From Polyangiaceae bacterium (GTDB lineage Bacteria > Myxococcota_A > Polyangia > Polyangiales > Polyangiaceae), in NCBI GenBank assembly GCA_044222475.1, contig JBGANF010000121.1, forward strand, positions 1-23,567: 23,567 bases of DNA, written 5' to 3'. A model generated the notes under the pieces. That model saw only the letters and a program-made list of their open reading frames with translations, made no database searches and was not told the DNA's origin. The position numbers and the translations under genes were made by a program. This document shows, one piece after another, positions 8,252 to 16,771 of the stretch (the stretch's first letter is position 1; each line of letters begins with the position of its first letter).

Positions 8252-9148
8252 TTACGGGCACAGCGGGAGCGCGACCGGGGCCGATGCCTTCTTCGCGGCG
8301 ACGTCGATCGTGAGGTATCCCGGTGGGTTCGCGTGGGCGAGGAGCAGGCGGCTTCCCACCAACACGGCGTTGGCGTTCACGAGCTCGGGGTCGGGAAACG
8401 TCGCACCGGGCGCGGTGAACGGGCCGGCAACGACGCGCTGGCTCGACGCGTCCACGAAGACGAGCTTCTTCTTGTCGATCGCGAAGAGGGTCGCGTCGTC
8501 GATCGCTCCGTGGGCACCGCCGAAGCCGTGGAGTCGCTTCGTGGTTCCGCGCTCCGCGTCGAGGAGCAGCGTCGCCGACTCGGGATCGCAGCAGAGCTTC
8601 TCGGTGACGACGAGCCCTCCTCCGACGTACTCGGCGGTCCACGCGTTCTTCGCGTTCGTGAAGGATCCGGCCGCCGTGCCCGGGCGGCTCAGCTTCACGC
8701 GGAAGAGCCGCTTGTGGGTCTTCGGGTCGAACGTGTCGCCGTACACGGTCCCGCCGTCCGACGTGAACGCGAACGTGCGCGAGCCGTCTGCGCTGACCGG
8801 GACGCTCGGCGCGGCCGGGGTCACGATCGTCCACCGAGGTGCAGGCGTGACTGACCCGCCGGTCACGTCGACGTCGACGCAGGCCACGTCGGTGGCTTCG
8901 GCGTCGCTCGCTTCTTCGGGCTCGCCGTAGCAGAGGCGCACTTTGTCGGCGATGGCCTCGATGTGGGTCAGCGGGCCGTGCTTCGTCTTTCGTGGGAGGC
9001 ACGCCGTGGGCGTTGGCGGGGGCGGGGACGGGGATGGGGACGGAGAAGAGGCCGAGACCCGTGCCGCGGCAGCTTCTTCTTCGTGCGCCGCCGGTGGGTC
9101 GGGGCGACAGGCGCTCGCGGCGACGAGCCAGAGGACGAGCCTTCGCAT
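8252..9148 (-). CDS. Hypothetical lipoprotein (Pro/Ser linker followed by a beta-rich domain)
   Basis: This is the real 3' part of the 1372-aa ORF. ATG 9148 gives 'MRRLVLWLVAASA-C', then an SPSPSPSPPPPTP linker and a Cys-containing beta-strand-rich region. Confidence 0.75.
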   Translation of the reverse strand: MRRLVLWLVAASACRPDPPAAHEEEAAAARVSASSPSPSPSPPPPTPTACLPRKTKHGPLTHIEAIADKVRLCYGEPEEASDAEATDVACVDVDVTGGSVTPAPRWTIVTPAAPSVPVSADGSRTFAFTSDGGTVYGDTFDPKTHKRLFRVKLSRPGTAAGSFTNAKNAWTAEYVGGGLVVTEKLCCDPESATLLLDAERGTTKRLHGFGGAHGAIDDATLFAIDKKKLVFVDASSQRVVAGPFTAPGATFPDPELVNANAVLVGSRLLLAHANPPGYLTIDVAAKKASAPVALPLCP

Positions 9149-9208
9149 CGCGCGAGGATATAGGCAGGAACTTGGCCGAATCCACCCAACCGTGCGACGT
9201 GCGAGGGT

Positions 9209-11683
9209 ATGGCCTCTCGTGGCGAAGCGGAGCTCGTGCTCCTTCGGAAGCTCGCGGAACAACTGGCAGGCAAGCGCGGTGAGAAGACGACGACGGGGCA
9301 CCTCCTCGCCGCCGTCGGCTCGCACCCGGGCGTCGCCGCGGACCTCCTCAAAGATCGCCGACTCGAGGTCGACGTGCTCCTCCGCGCCGCGCGCGTCCTC
9401 ACCGACGACGCACCCGACGCGCTCGCGCGGGCGATCCAGCGTGCGCGCGAGCTCGCAGCGCGCTCGCCTCAGCGCGAGGCGCTCGCGATTCACCTCTTGT
9501 TCGCGCTCTGCCAAGACAAGACCAGCGCCGCGCTGCGCGCGCTCGTCCAGTGCGGCACCGACGTCACGCGGCTTCGCACCGCCGCTCTCCAGCTCGCGAT
9601 GGGGCTCGCGCCCGCGCCCCGCCCTGCGCCGCCCGCGACCGCGAGTGTCGCCGCGTTCGACCTCGCGCGCCGTGTCGAGAGCGGAAAGTCCGCACCGCCG
9701 CCCGCGCCGGCCGCTGCCGTCGCGCGCGTCCCCGCACCGCCACCCACGCCCGCCGCGCGCCCCGCGCCGCGGGTGAAGATCCCCGTCGTTCCCGCGCTGA
9801 CCCCAGCGTCGGGCTCGAAGAAGAAAACGAAGCCCGCACCCGTTCCTGCCGATGGGAAGCGATTCGTCCTCGAACCCAAACGCTTCCCGATGCTGACTGC
9901 GATCGGGAAGAACCTCACCCTCGCCGCCGCCCTCGGCGAGCTCGACCCGGTCGTCGCGCGCGAAGAAGAGATCGATCGCGCGCTCGACGTCCTCGCCAAG
10001 CGCCAGGGCAACTGCCCCTGCCTCGTCGGCGCGGCGGGCGTCGGCAAGACGAGCGTCGTTCGTGGTCTCGCCCAGCGCATCGCCGCCGGGGAAGACGTGG
10101 CGTCGCTCGACGATCGCATCGTGATCGAGATCGAGCCAGTCACGCTTCTGTCCGGCACGGCCGCGCGCGGCTCGCTCGCCGAGCGCATCGGCCAGCTGCG
10201 CTCCGAGGTGAAGGCGGCCGAAGGTCGCGTCGTCGTCTTCTTCGACGAGATCCACACGCTGTTCGGGCCCGACGTCGGCGACGAAGCCGCGAGCGAGCTC
10301 AAGATCGCGCTCTCGAAGGGCGAGCTGCCGTGCATCGGCGCGACCACCCTCGAGGAGTACAAGCGCTTCGTGGACGTCGATCCCGCGCTCGCGCGTCGGT
10401 TCACCGCGATCGAGGTCGTCGAGCCGTCGCCCGAGGAGGCGTTCCTCGCGCTCGAAGGGATCCTCCCCGCGTTCGCGAAGCACCACGGCACCGAGTACAC
10501 GCGCGAGGCGATCGCGGCCGCCGTGCAGTGGAGCTCGCGCTACGTCACGACGCGCGCGCTCCCGGAAAAAGCCGTCGGCATCCTCGATCTCGCGGGCGCG
10601 CGCGTGCGCCGCCGCGGCGGCGAGGTCGTGTCGCCCGAGCAAGTCGCCGAGGTCGTGTGCGAGATGGCGCACGTCCCGGTCGAGCGCCTGCTCGAATCCG
10701 ACGGCGAGCGCATGCTGCGGCTCGAGTCGATGCTCGGGGATCGCGTCATCGGTCACAAGGACGCGCTCGGTCGCATCGCGGCGGTGCTGCGCCGCAACGC
10801 CGGCGGGTTCCGATCGCGCCGGCCCATCGGGAGCTTTCTGTTGCTCGGGCCGACCGGCGTCGGCAAGACCGAGACCGCGAAGGCGATCGCGGAGTGTCTG
10901 TTCCACTCCGCCGACGCGATGACGCGCCTCGACATGAGCGAGTACGCCGAGGCGCATGCGATCGCGCGGCTCGTCGGCGCGCCGCCCGGATACATCGGTC
11001 ACGAATCCGGTGGGCAGCTCACCGAGTCGGTTCGGCGGCGTCCGTATCAGGTCATCCTGCTCGACGAGATCGAGAAGGCCCACCGCGACGTCCTCGAGGG
11101 GTTCCTCCAGGTGTTCGACGAAGGTCGACTGACGGACGGCCGCGGTCGCACGGTGGACTTCACGAACACGGTGATCCTCCTCACGTCGAACCTCGGCTCC
11201 GAGATCAAGGCCCGCGAGATCAACCGCGGTCGCATCGGGTTCGGGGCGACGAAGACCGAGTCCACGGCCTACGCCGACGCCGTCGTCGGGGCCGCGCGCA
11301 AGGCGCTCCCGCCCGAGCTCTACAACCGCATCGACGAGATCCTCGCGTTCGGTCCGCTCGAGAAGAGCGACGTGCGCGAGATCGCGACGAAGATGATCGC
11401 GCAGCTGCGGGCCGAGCTCGAGCGCGGGCGCGGCGTGTTCCTCGACGTGAGCGCGACCGCGGTCGACGTGCTGCTCGAGTCTGGCGGGTTCGACCCCGAG
11501 CTCGGCGCGCGTCCGATGCGCCGCGCGGTGTCGCGCCTGATCGAGGCGCCCATCGCCGAGATGATCCTGCGCGGCGAGATCCGTCGTCGCGACGTCGTCA
11601 CGCTGGACGTCGAAGACGGGAAGATCGTCGTCGACTCGGTCACGCCGTCGAGGACGCCTGCGCCGATGGGCGAGACGGCGTAG
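9209..11683 (+). CDS. ATP-dependent Clp protease ATP-binding subunit (ClpA/ClpC-like, no M-domain, IGF loop present)
   Basis: Clp-N repeats ('GHLLAAV', 'IHLLFAL'). D1: Walker A GAAGVGKT, Walker B FFDEIH, 'DPALARRF'. D2: GPTGVGKTE, 'RLDMSEY', 'GAPPGYIG', 'LLDEIEKAH', 'GRIGFG', 'GARPMRR'. Confidence 0.95.
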   Translation: MASRGEAELVLLRKLAEQLAGKRGEKTTTGHLLAAVGSHPGVAADLLKDRRLEVDVLLRAARVLTDDAPDALARAIQRARELAARSPQREALAIHLLFALCQDKTSAALRALVQCGTDVTRLRTAALQLAMGLAPAPRPAPPATASVAAFDLARRVESGKSAPPPAPAAAVARVPAPPPTPAARPAPRVKIPVVPALTPASGSKKKTKPAPVPADGKRFVLEPKRFPMLTAIGKNLTLAAALGELDPVVAREEEIDRALDVLAKRQGNCPCLVGAAGVGKTSVVRGLAQRIAAGEDVASLDDRIVIEIEPVTLLSGTAARGSLAERIGQLRSEVKAAEGRVVVFFDEIHTLFGPDVGDEAASELKIALSKGELPCIGATTLEEYKRFVDVDPALARRFTAIEVVEPSPEEAFLALEGILPAFAKHHGTEYTREAIAAAVQWSSRYVTTRALPEKAVGILDLAGARVRRRGGEVVSPEQVAEVVCEMAHVPVERLLESDGERMLRLESMLGDRVIGHKDALGRIAAVLRRNAGGFRSRRPIGSFLLLGPTGVGKTETAKAIAECLFHSADAMTRLDMSEYAEAHAIARLVGAPPGYIGHESGGQLTESVRRRPYQVILLDEIEKAHRDVLEGFLQVFDEGRLTDGRGRTVDFTNTVILLTSNLGSEIKAREINRGRIGFGATKTESTAYADAVVGAARKALPPELYNRIDEILAFGPLEKSDVREIATKMIAQLRAELERGRGVFLDVSATAVDVLLESGGFDPELGARPMRRAVSRLIEAPIAEMILRGEIRRRDVVTLDVEDGKIVVDSVTPSRTPAPMGETA

Positions 11684-11694
11684 CGGCGCCCAGT

Positions 11695-12657
11695 TCAATT
11701 CGGCGGGAGCAGCGGTGCGACGGTCGTCACGCCGGCGCCCCACCACGCGAGACCGTTCGGGATCCCCTTCTGCGGGATCGGCGTGCCGGTTCCGGTCGTG
11801 AGATCGATCGCGCAGAGCTGGCCCGCCGCCGAGAAGCCGTAGGCCGTCCCCGCCCAGAACGCGAGGCCCCACAGCTTGGTGAACGTCGTGTCGCCGATGG
11901 CCTTCACGACCTTGCCGGTCGCGGGGTCGATCTCGAGGAGCGTGTCCGTCCCGGAGTAGTTCGGATCCGAGCTGGGCTTGGCAGTGAGGAAGCTCTTGCC
12001 GCCCTTGATCGAGACGATGTCGCCGGACGAGTACCAGAGGGTGTTCGTCGGGTTGGGGTTCAACGAGCCGATCCCGGTTTGGACGCCAGTCACGAGATCG
12101 ATGCGGGCGTAGTTCTCGTTGACGTAGCCGACGAGCACCTCGACGTTGGGATCGAGCACGCCGGCCGGCACGAACGTGAGCGAGTTCGGGTAGAGCTGGC
12201 TCGCGCCGAGGGTCTTGATCTCGGTGCAGTGGCCGGTCGCCTTGTCGACCTTGACGAGCTTCCCGGCGCCCTGCAACGAGTTCAGCGCGGTGACGCCGGT
12301 GCCGTACATTTGGCCCTTCTCGTCGATCGCGATGTCCCACATGCCGCAGCCGGTGAGCAGCCCGCTGCACGGGTTGAAGCAGTCGAAGTTTCCGATCGTG
12401 GTGATCGTCTTCGAGAACGGCTCGAGCTTGAACAGCGTCGTCGCGCTGTGACCGTACACCTCACCCACTGGGAGCACGACGTCGGCGTTTCCCGCGTCGG
12501 GGAGCGACACGTCGAGCACGCTCGAGTCGTCGGGCGGGGGGCCGGTGTCGGCTGGACCCGCGTCCGTGAAGCTGGTCGTCTTCGTTCCGCAGGCGATCGC
12601 GAACGCTGCGATCACCGCCGCCCCTGACACCGCGAACCCCGTCCTCGCCGTGCGCAT
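11695..12657 (-). CDS. Putative lipoprotein with beta-propeller-like repeats
   Basis: ATG 12657; lipobox 'AFAIA-C'; DAG linker. Blade-like repeats include 'MWDIAIDEKGQMYG', 'LVKVDKATG', 'LLEIDPATG' and 'LWGLAFWAGTAYGF'. Confidence 0.82.
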   Translation of the reverse strand: MRTARTGFAVSGAAVIAAFAIACGTKTTSFTDAGPADTGPPPDDSSVLDVSLPDAGNADVVLPVGEVYGHSATTLFKLEPFSKTITTIGNFDCFNPCSGLLTGCGMWDIAIDEKGQMYGTGVTALNSLQGAGKLVKVDKATGHCTEIKTLGASQLYPNSLTFVPAGVLDPNVEVLVGYVNENYARIDLVTGVQTGIGSLNPNPTNTLWYSSGDIVSIKGGKSFLTAKPSSDPNYSGTDTLLEIDPATGKVVKAIGDTTFTKLWGLAFWAGTAYGFSAAGQLCAIDLTTGTGTPIPQKGIPNGLAWWGAGVTTVAPLLPPN

Positions 12658-12728
12658 CCGATCAGCGTACCACGCCGCGAGGTGCATGCGATTCGCGCTG
12701 CGGAACCAGTCGGAGTATCGTCGACCTC

Positions 12729-13151
12729 GTGAAGCGACTCCGCACCCTTGCTGCCACGACCGGTATTGCCCTCGCGCTGTGCGCGATCGCGTGTGACGAC
12801 AAGAAGGCGAGCACGCCCGACGCCGCGCCGAGCTCCAAGCCGCTCCCCGTGGTGTCGGCGCGAACCACGCGGCTCGACTGCGGCGGATCGTTCGGGGTCT
12901 GCCCACCCGGCGAGTACTGCTTCTACGACAAGCCCGGGTGCGACACGACCGGCTATTGCGGTCCCGCCGAGCCGCCGTGTGCGCACTCGATCACGTTCTG
13001 CGGTTGCACGGGGATCGAGCTCGCGTGCACGTTCCCGAAGCGGCAGTGGCGTGAGCAGGGTCGAGGGTGCTTCACCAGCGAGCCCACGACGAGCGCGTCC
13101 GCATCCGCATCCGCATCCGCGTCGAGTGACGCCGGTCGGAAGGCTCCGTGA
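12729..13151 (+). CDS. Small Cys-rich lipoprotein (degenerate Kazal-like)
   Basis: Lipobox 'LCAIA-C'. Ten Cys in the mature domain, including 'C...FCGCTG...C...GRGC'. Ser-Ala repeat tail. Confidence 0.72.
   Translation: MKRLRTLAATTGIALALCAIACDDKKASTPDAAPSSKPLPVVSARTTRLDCGGSFGVCPPGEYCFYDKPGCDTTGYCGPAEPPCAHSITFCGCTGIELACTFPKRQWREQGRGCFTSEPTTSASASASASASSDAGRKAP
13095..13124 (+). repeat. Hexamer microsatellite (GCATCC core) encoding an Ala-Ser linker
   Basis: GCGTCC GCATCC GCATCC GCATCC GCGTCG, in frame. Confidence 0.8.
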
Positions 13152-13252
13152 CGCACGAAACTGCATGATCGCGCTCATCATGGTTTCGCCACGTCGGGTC
13201 ACGTTTTTGCCAGAGCCTGCGCGTGCGCGCGTGACCGGGCGCATGCTGAGGC

Positions 13253-13912
13253 ATGGCCTCCATGCGTCCTCGATCGATCTTCGCGCGCGCGCGTGATCCG
13301 TTCAGCGGTTACAGCCATCTCGTAGGACTCGGGCTCGCGCTCCTGGGCGCGGGCGTCCTCGCGTTCGTCGCTCACGGCGCGCAGCTCGTCTCGGCGCTCG
13401 TCTACGCAGCCACGCTCGTCGCGCTGTACGCCGCGAGCTCGGCGTATCACCTCGTCGATCTCGGCCACGCCGTGACCGCGCGCTTGCGGCGCTTCGATCA
13501 CGCCGCGATCTTCCTGTTGATCGCCGGCACGTCCACCCCGCTCTTCGCCGCCGCGCTCGACGGCGGCACGCGCATCTTCATGCTCGCCGCGGTGTGGACG
13601 ATGGCGACCGTGGGGATCCTGTTCCGCACCTTCTGGATCGGTGCGCCGCGCTGGCTCTACACCGCGTCGTACCTGGCGACGGGCTGGGTCGTCGTGCTCC
13701 GGTGGAAAGCGGTGGTCGCCGGGTTACCGACGGCGGCGTTCGCGCTGCTGGTCGCCGGCGGCGTCGTCTACTCGCTCGGTGCGTTGGTGTACGCGACGAA
13801 GTGGCCGGATCCGCGCCCCGGTCGCTTCGGCTTCCACGACGTGTGGCACCTCTTCGTGCTCGCCGCGAGCGTGCTGCACTTCGCGGCGATCGTCGTCGTC
13901 ACGGCGGGCTGA
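13253..13912 (+). CDS. trhA: Hemolysin III / PAQR family membrane protein
   Basis: About seven hydrophobic segments. Motifs 'SGYSH', 'ASSAYH', 'RRFDHAAIFLLIAGTSTP' and 'FHDVWHLFVL'. Confidence 0.92.
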   Translation: MASMRPRSIFARARDPFSGYSHLVGLGLALLGAGVLAFVAHGAQLVSALVYAATLVALYAASSAYHLVDLGHAVTARLRRFDHAAIFLLIAGTSTPLFAAALDGGTRIFMLAAVWTMATVGILFRTFWIGAPRWLYTASYLATGWVVVLRWKAVVAGLPTAAFALLVAGGVVYSLGALVYATKWPDPRPGRFGFHDVWHLFVLAASVLHFAAIVVVTAG

Positions 13913-15326
13913 GCTTGATGAGCACGTCGCTCGCGTTCGTCGACGTGAGCGTGCTCTTCAGCTTGAGCGTCCCGTCGAACATGCCGCCGAGCCAGAGACC
14001 GGTCGACGTCGCGCGCATCGGGAACAGGTTGAGCCCGACTTGATTCTTGGTGACCCCGTCGCCGAGCGTGGTCACGCCGGTGACGTCACCGTTCGGGTCG
14101 AGGTAGATGATGGCGGGCGCGCCTACCGCTGGGATGGTCAGACCGTCGGCGACCGGCGTGCCGTCGAGGGATCGAGCGATGAGCGCGAGCTTCTTGTCCG
14201 GGAAGACGACCATGTCGAGGCTTCGCGCGAACATCTTGGTCCACGCGATCTTCCCGTCGGGGTTCATCCGCGACACGATCGTCTTGAAGCCATCCGCGCC
14301 GCAGGGCTTGTACGTCGAGCCGAAGTAGTCGATGAGCCCGTTCTTCGCGTCGTCCTGGGGCGAGTCGCCGCTGAAGAAAAGCGTTCCGTCGTCGGTCGCG
14401 ACGACGTTGCTCGCGTACGCGCGCAGCGTGTAGGAGACCGTTTTCGTCTTGCCCGAGTTGTCGAGCGACAGAACGAACGATGCGCCGGCGTCCGCGTTGA
14501 CGGCTTTCGGCCCCAGGCCGAAGTCGGGGTTCGGTCCGGGGAATCCGGTGACCGTCGGCTGACCGCTGCCGTCGGCGGTGAGCCCGTCGACGATGATCGC
14601 GGATCCCTTCGTCCCGAGGCATCGTGCCCAGAGCGCCTTCTTCCCGACCGCGTCGTAGCGCGCGATCGCCGGCGAGTCTCCGCAGGTGAGCGGCCCCGTC
14701 CCGAAATCCGCGCCGTCGGCGAAGGTACCGGTGACGAAGATGGCACCCTCGCTCGTCACGGCGAGTCGGATGTTCGAATCGTCCTTCGCGGTCGGCAGCG
14801 TGAGCCAGTCGACAGCGCCGCCCTTCGCCTTCGCGGCGAGCAGGATGCCGAACACCGACCCGGTGCCGTTCGCCGTCGGACCGGCGGCTCCGGTTTCCGA
14901 CGTGAACTTCAACGGACCGGTGGTGGCGACGAGCGCGACCATCCCGTTGTTCCACGCGCGCACTCGCGCGTTGAACGGACCCGCACCATGCTCGGCGAGC
15001 CAGAGCCACTCCGCCGTGGCCGCGACCTTGGCGAGGATGCCGTATTGCCCGGTCGGTGCGGTGAAGCCGAGGCCGCCGAACGTCGGTGCGAGTCCTTGGT
15101 CGGTTGCGACGTAGACGTCGTCGCCGATTGCGCCGACGTCGCTGATGCCCAGCGAACCGAAGGTCACGTTCGAGACGACCTTCGTGATGCCGAGCTGCGT
15201 CGCGCCAGCGCCGCTCGCGTGGCCGACGCACGCGGCGTTCGTAGGCGGCGTCGTGGAGTCGCTCGAGCACGCGAGCACGGCGATCGAGAAGAGGACTGGG
15301 GCGGAGAAGAAGACGTACCTGTTCAC
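13899..15326 (-). CDS. Putative lipoprotein with SBBP-like beta-propeller repeats
   Basis: GTG 15326; lipobox 'IAVLA-C'. Repeats include 'LAVTSEGAIFVTGTF', 'IARYDAVGKKALWAR', 'LTADGSGQPTVTG' and 'VSRMNPDGKIAWTK'. The 3' end overlaps trhA by 14 bp. Confidence 0.8.
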   Translation of the reverse strand: MNRYVFFSAPVLFSIAVLACSSDSTTPPTNAACVGHASGAGATQLGITKVVSNVTFGSLGISDVGAIGDDVYVATDQGLAPTFGGLGFTAPTGQYGILAKVAATAEWLWLAEHGAGPFNARVRAWNNGMVALVATTGPLKFTSETGAAGPTANGTGSVFGILLAAKAKGGAVDWLTLPTAKDDSNIRLAVTSEGAIFVTGTFADGADFGTGPLTCGDSPAIARYDAVGKKALWARCLGTKGSAIIVDGLTADGSGQPTVTGFPGPNPDFGLGPKAVNADAGASFVLSLDNSGKTKTVSYTLRAYASNVVATDDGTLFFSGDSPQDDAKNGLIDYFGSTYKPCGADGFKTIVSRMNPDGKIAWTKMFARSLDMVVFPDKKLALIARSLDGTPVADGLTIPAVGAPAIIYLDPNGDVTGVTTLGDGVTKNQVGLNLFPMRATSTGLWLGGMFDGTLKLKSTLTSTNASDVLIKLSPP

Positions 15327-15370
15327 GGTGTCACCAAGGTAATAGAGTCGTCGCCTGGGAGGTAGTGGGG

Positions 15371-16720
15371 ATGCGCATGCGCTCATGGGCGGTCGGCTCG
15401 GCGTTCCTCGCCGCGTGCGGTCCCGCGGCCGCACCGACCACACCCACGACCGCAGCGTCTGCTCCGCCCGCGACGTCGTCGGTCCCACCCGCCACGAGCG
15501 CGCCGCCTCCCGTCGAAGCGAAGGGACCGATCGCGGCTCCGCGGATCCTCTCCCCGATCGCGGGCGCCAAGGTGCACACCGCGACCCCCTCGGTGGTGGT
15601 CGAGCTCGCCGCCGGCACCGACGCAGCGGAGATCGAGATCTGCAGCGACCGCCCCTGTGCCACTCCCGTGTCGCGAGCAATGGCGGCGAAGCGAGACGCC
15701 CGAATGAGTGCCTCAATCAAGACGCTGCAGCCGGGTCGCTACTACGTTCGCGCGCGGGGCGTGCGCGGCGGCATCGTCGGAACCGACGCTTCGGCCTCGT
15801 CTCCGTTCGTCGTCGGCGCGCAGTCCGCCGGGGTCGACGCGAGCGAGCTCTCGTTCTTCGAGCCCACCGTCGCCGAGCTTGCCTCGCGCTACAAGGACGC
15901 GAAGAGCCTCGTCGCGATCGGCGACGTCGACGGCGACGGGTTCGCCGATGCGGTCGGCATCCCGTGCTCTGCCGGCAAGGCCGACTGCAAAGCGTTCTCG
16001 CTCCTCCCCGGCGGTCCGAACGCGCCGACCGTGACGCTCGACGGGCTCACCGGGTCGACCTGGATCGCGATCGGCGACGCGAACGGCGACGGGTTCGCCG
16101 ACGCGGTGCTCTCCGACTCGAACGCAGGGTGGTACCTCCCCGGCGGCGCGCACGGCTTCGGTGCTCGCACGCGCGTCAGCGTCGCCGGTGGCATCGGCGT
16201 GCGCAGCCCCGAGGGCTACGATCTGAACGGCGACGGCTTCATGGACTACGTCACCGCGAAGGGGCCGGGAGCGAGCGCGCTGCTCGTCCACCTCGGGAGC
16301 GCGCGCGGCCTCGCCGAGACACCGACCGAGCTCCCGACCGGGTTCGCCAGCTACGAGTGCCTCGCCGACTCGTTGAGCTTCGGCGACGTCAACGGCGACG
16401 GCTACACCGACGTCGCGGTCGGTGCATACTGCAGCGGTCCGGGCAAAGCCTACGTCTTCCTCGGCGGCCGCACGCTCGACCCGAAGCCGGCGTACACGCT
16501 CTCGCAGCCGCCGACGAAGACCAAGGTTCCCTCGCGCTTCGGCTTCGGCGTGGTCCTGCGCGACGCCGACCACGACGGCATCGACGACCTCTACGTCTCG
16601 ACTGGTTGCTACATGGACGAGAAGGAGAAGGGCCTATGCAAGGTCCCGCTCACGTACTTGTATCATGCATCAAAAGAGGGTCTGCGCGTCGACAAGCCCG
16701 AGCCCGTCACCGCTCCCTGA
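15371..16720 (+). CDS. FG-GAP/VCBS-repeat lipoprotein with an N-terminal Ig/FnIII-like domain
   Basis: GGGAGG SD; lipobox 'AFLAA-C'; Pro/Thr linker; 'GRYYVRARG'. Repeats GDVDGDGFAD, GDANGDGFAD, DLNGDGFMD, GDVNGDGYTDVAVGA and DADHDGIDDL. Confidence 0.88.
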   Translation: MRMRSWAVGSAFLAACGPAAAPTTPTTAASAPPATSSVPPATSAPPPVEAKGPIAAPRILSPIAGAKVHTATPSVVVELAAGTDAAEIEICSDRPCATPVSRAMAAKRDARMSASIKTLQPGRYYVRARGVRGGIVGTDASASSPFVVGAQSAGVDASELSFFEPTVAELASRYKDAKSLVAIGDVDGDGFADAVGIPCSAGKADCKAFSLLPGGPNAPTVTLDGLTGSTWIAIGDANGDGFADAVLSDSNAGWYLPGGAHGFGARTRVSVAGGIGVRSPEGYDLNGDGFMDYVTAKGPGASALLVHLGSARGLAETPTELPTGFASYECLADSLSFGDVNGDGYTDVAVGAYCSGPGKAYVFLGGRTLDPKPAYTLSQPPTKTKVPSRFGFGVVLRDADHDGIDDLYVSTGCYMDEKEKGLCKVPLTYLYHASKEGLRVDKPEPVTAP

Positions 16721-16771
16721 CCGAAGACGCGGCCAGCGTTGCGTCGATCGTTCGAGTCGTGATGTCATGAA

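Noticed and set aside
9209..11683. ClpV (T6SS) or ClpB assignment
   Set aside because: No T6SS genes are nearby, there is no coiled-coil M-domain, and a ClpP-docking IGF loop is present.
9149..12627. 1372-aa (-) ORF 8252..12370 and 1025-aa (+) ORF 9550..12627 as giant proteins
   Set aside because: They overlap the clearly real Clp ATPase in antisense or an alternative frame. Only 8252..9148 of the first has a credible start and signal peptide.
13253..13912. Hemolysin as a virulence toxin
   Set aside because: HlyIII/TrhA proteins are widespread membrane-homeostasis proteins. Nothing in the context supports a cytolytic role.
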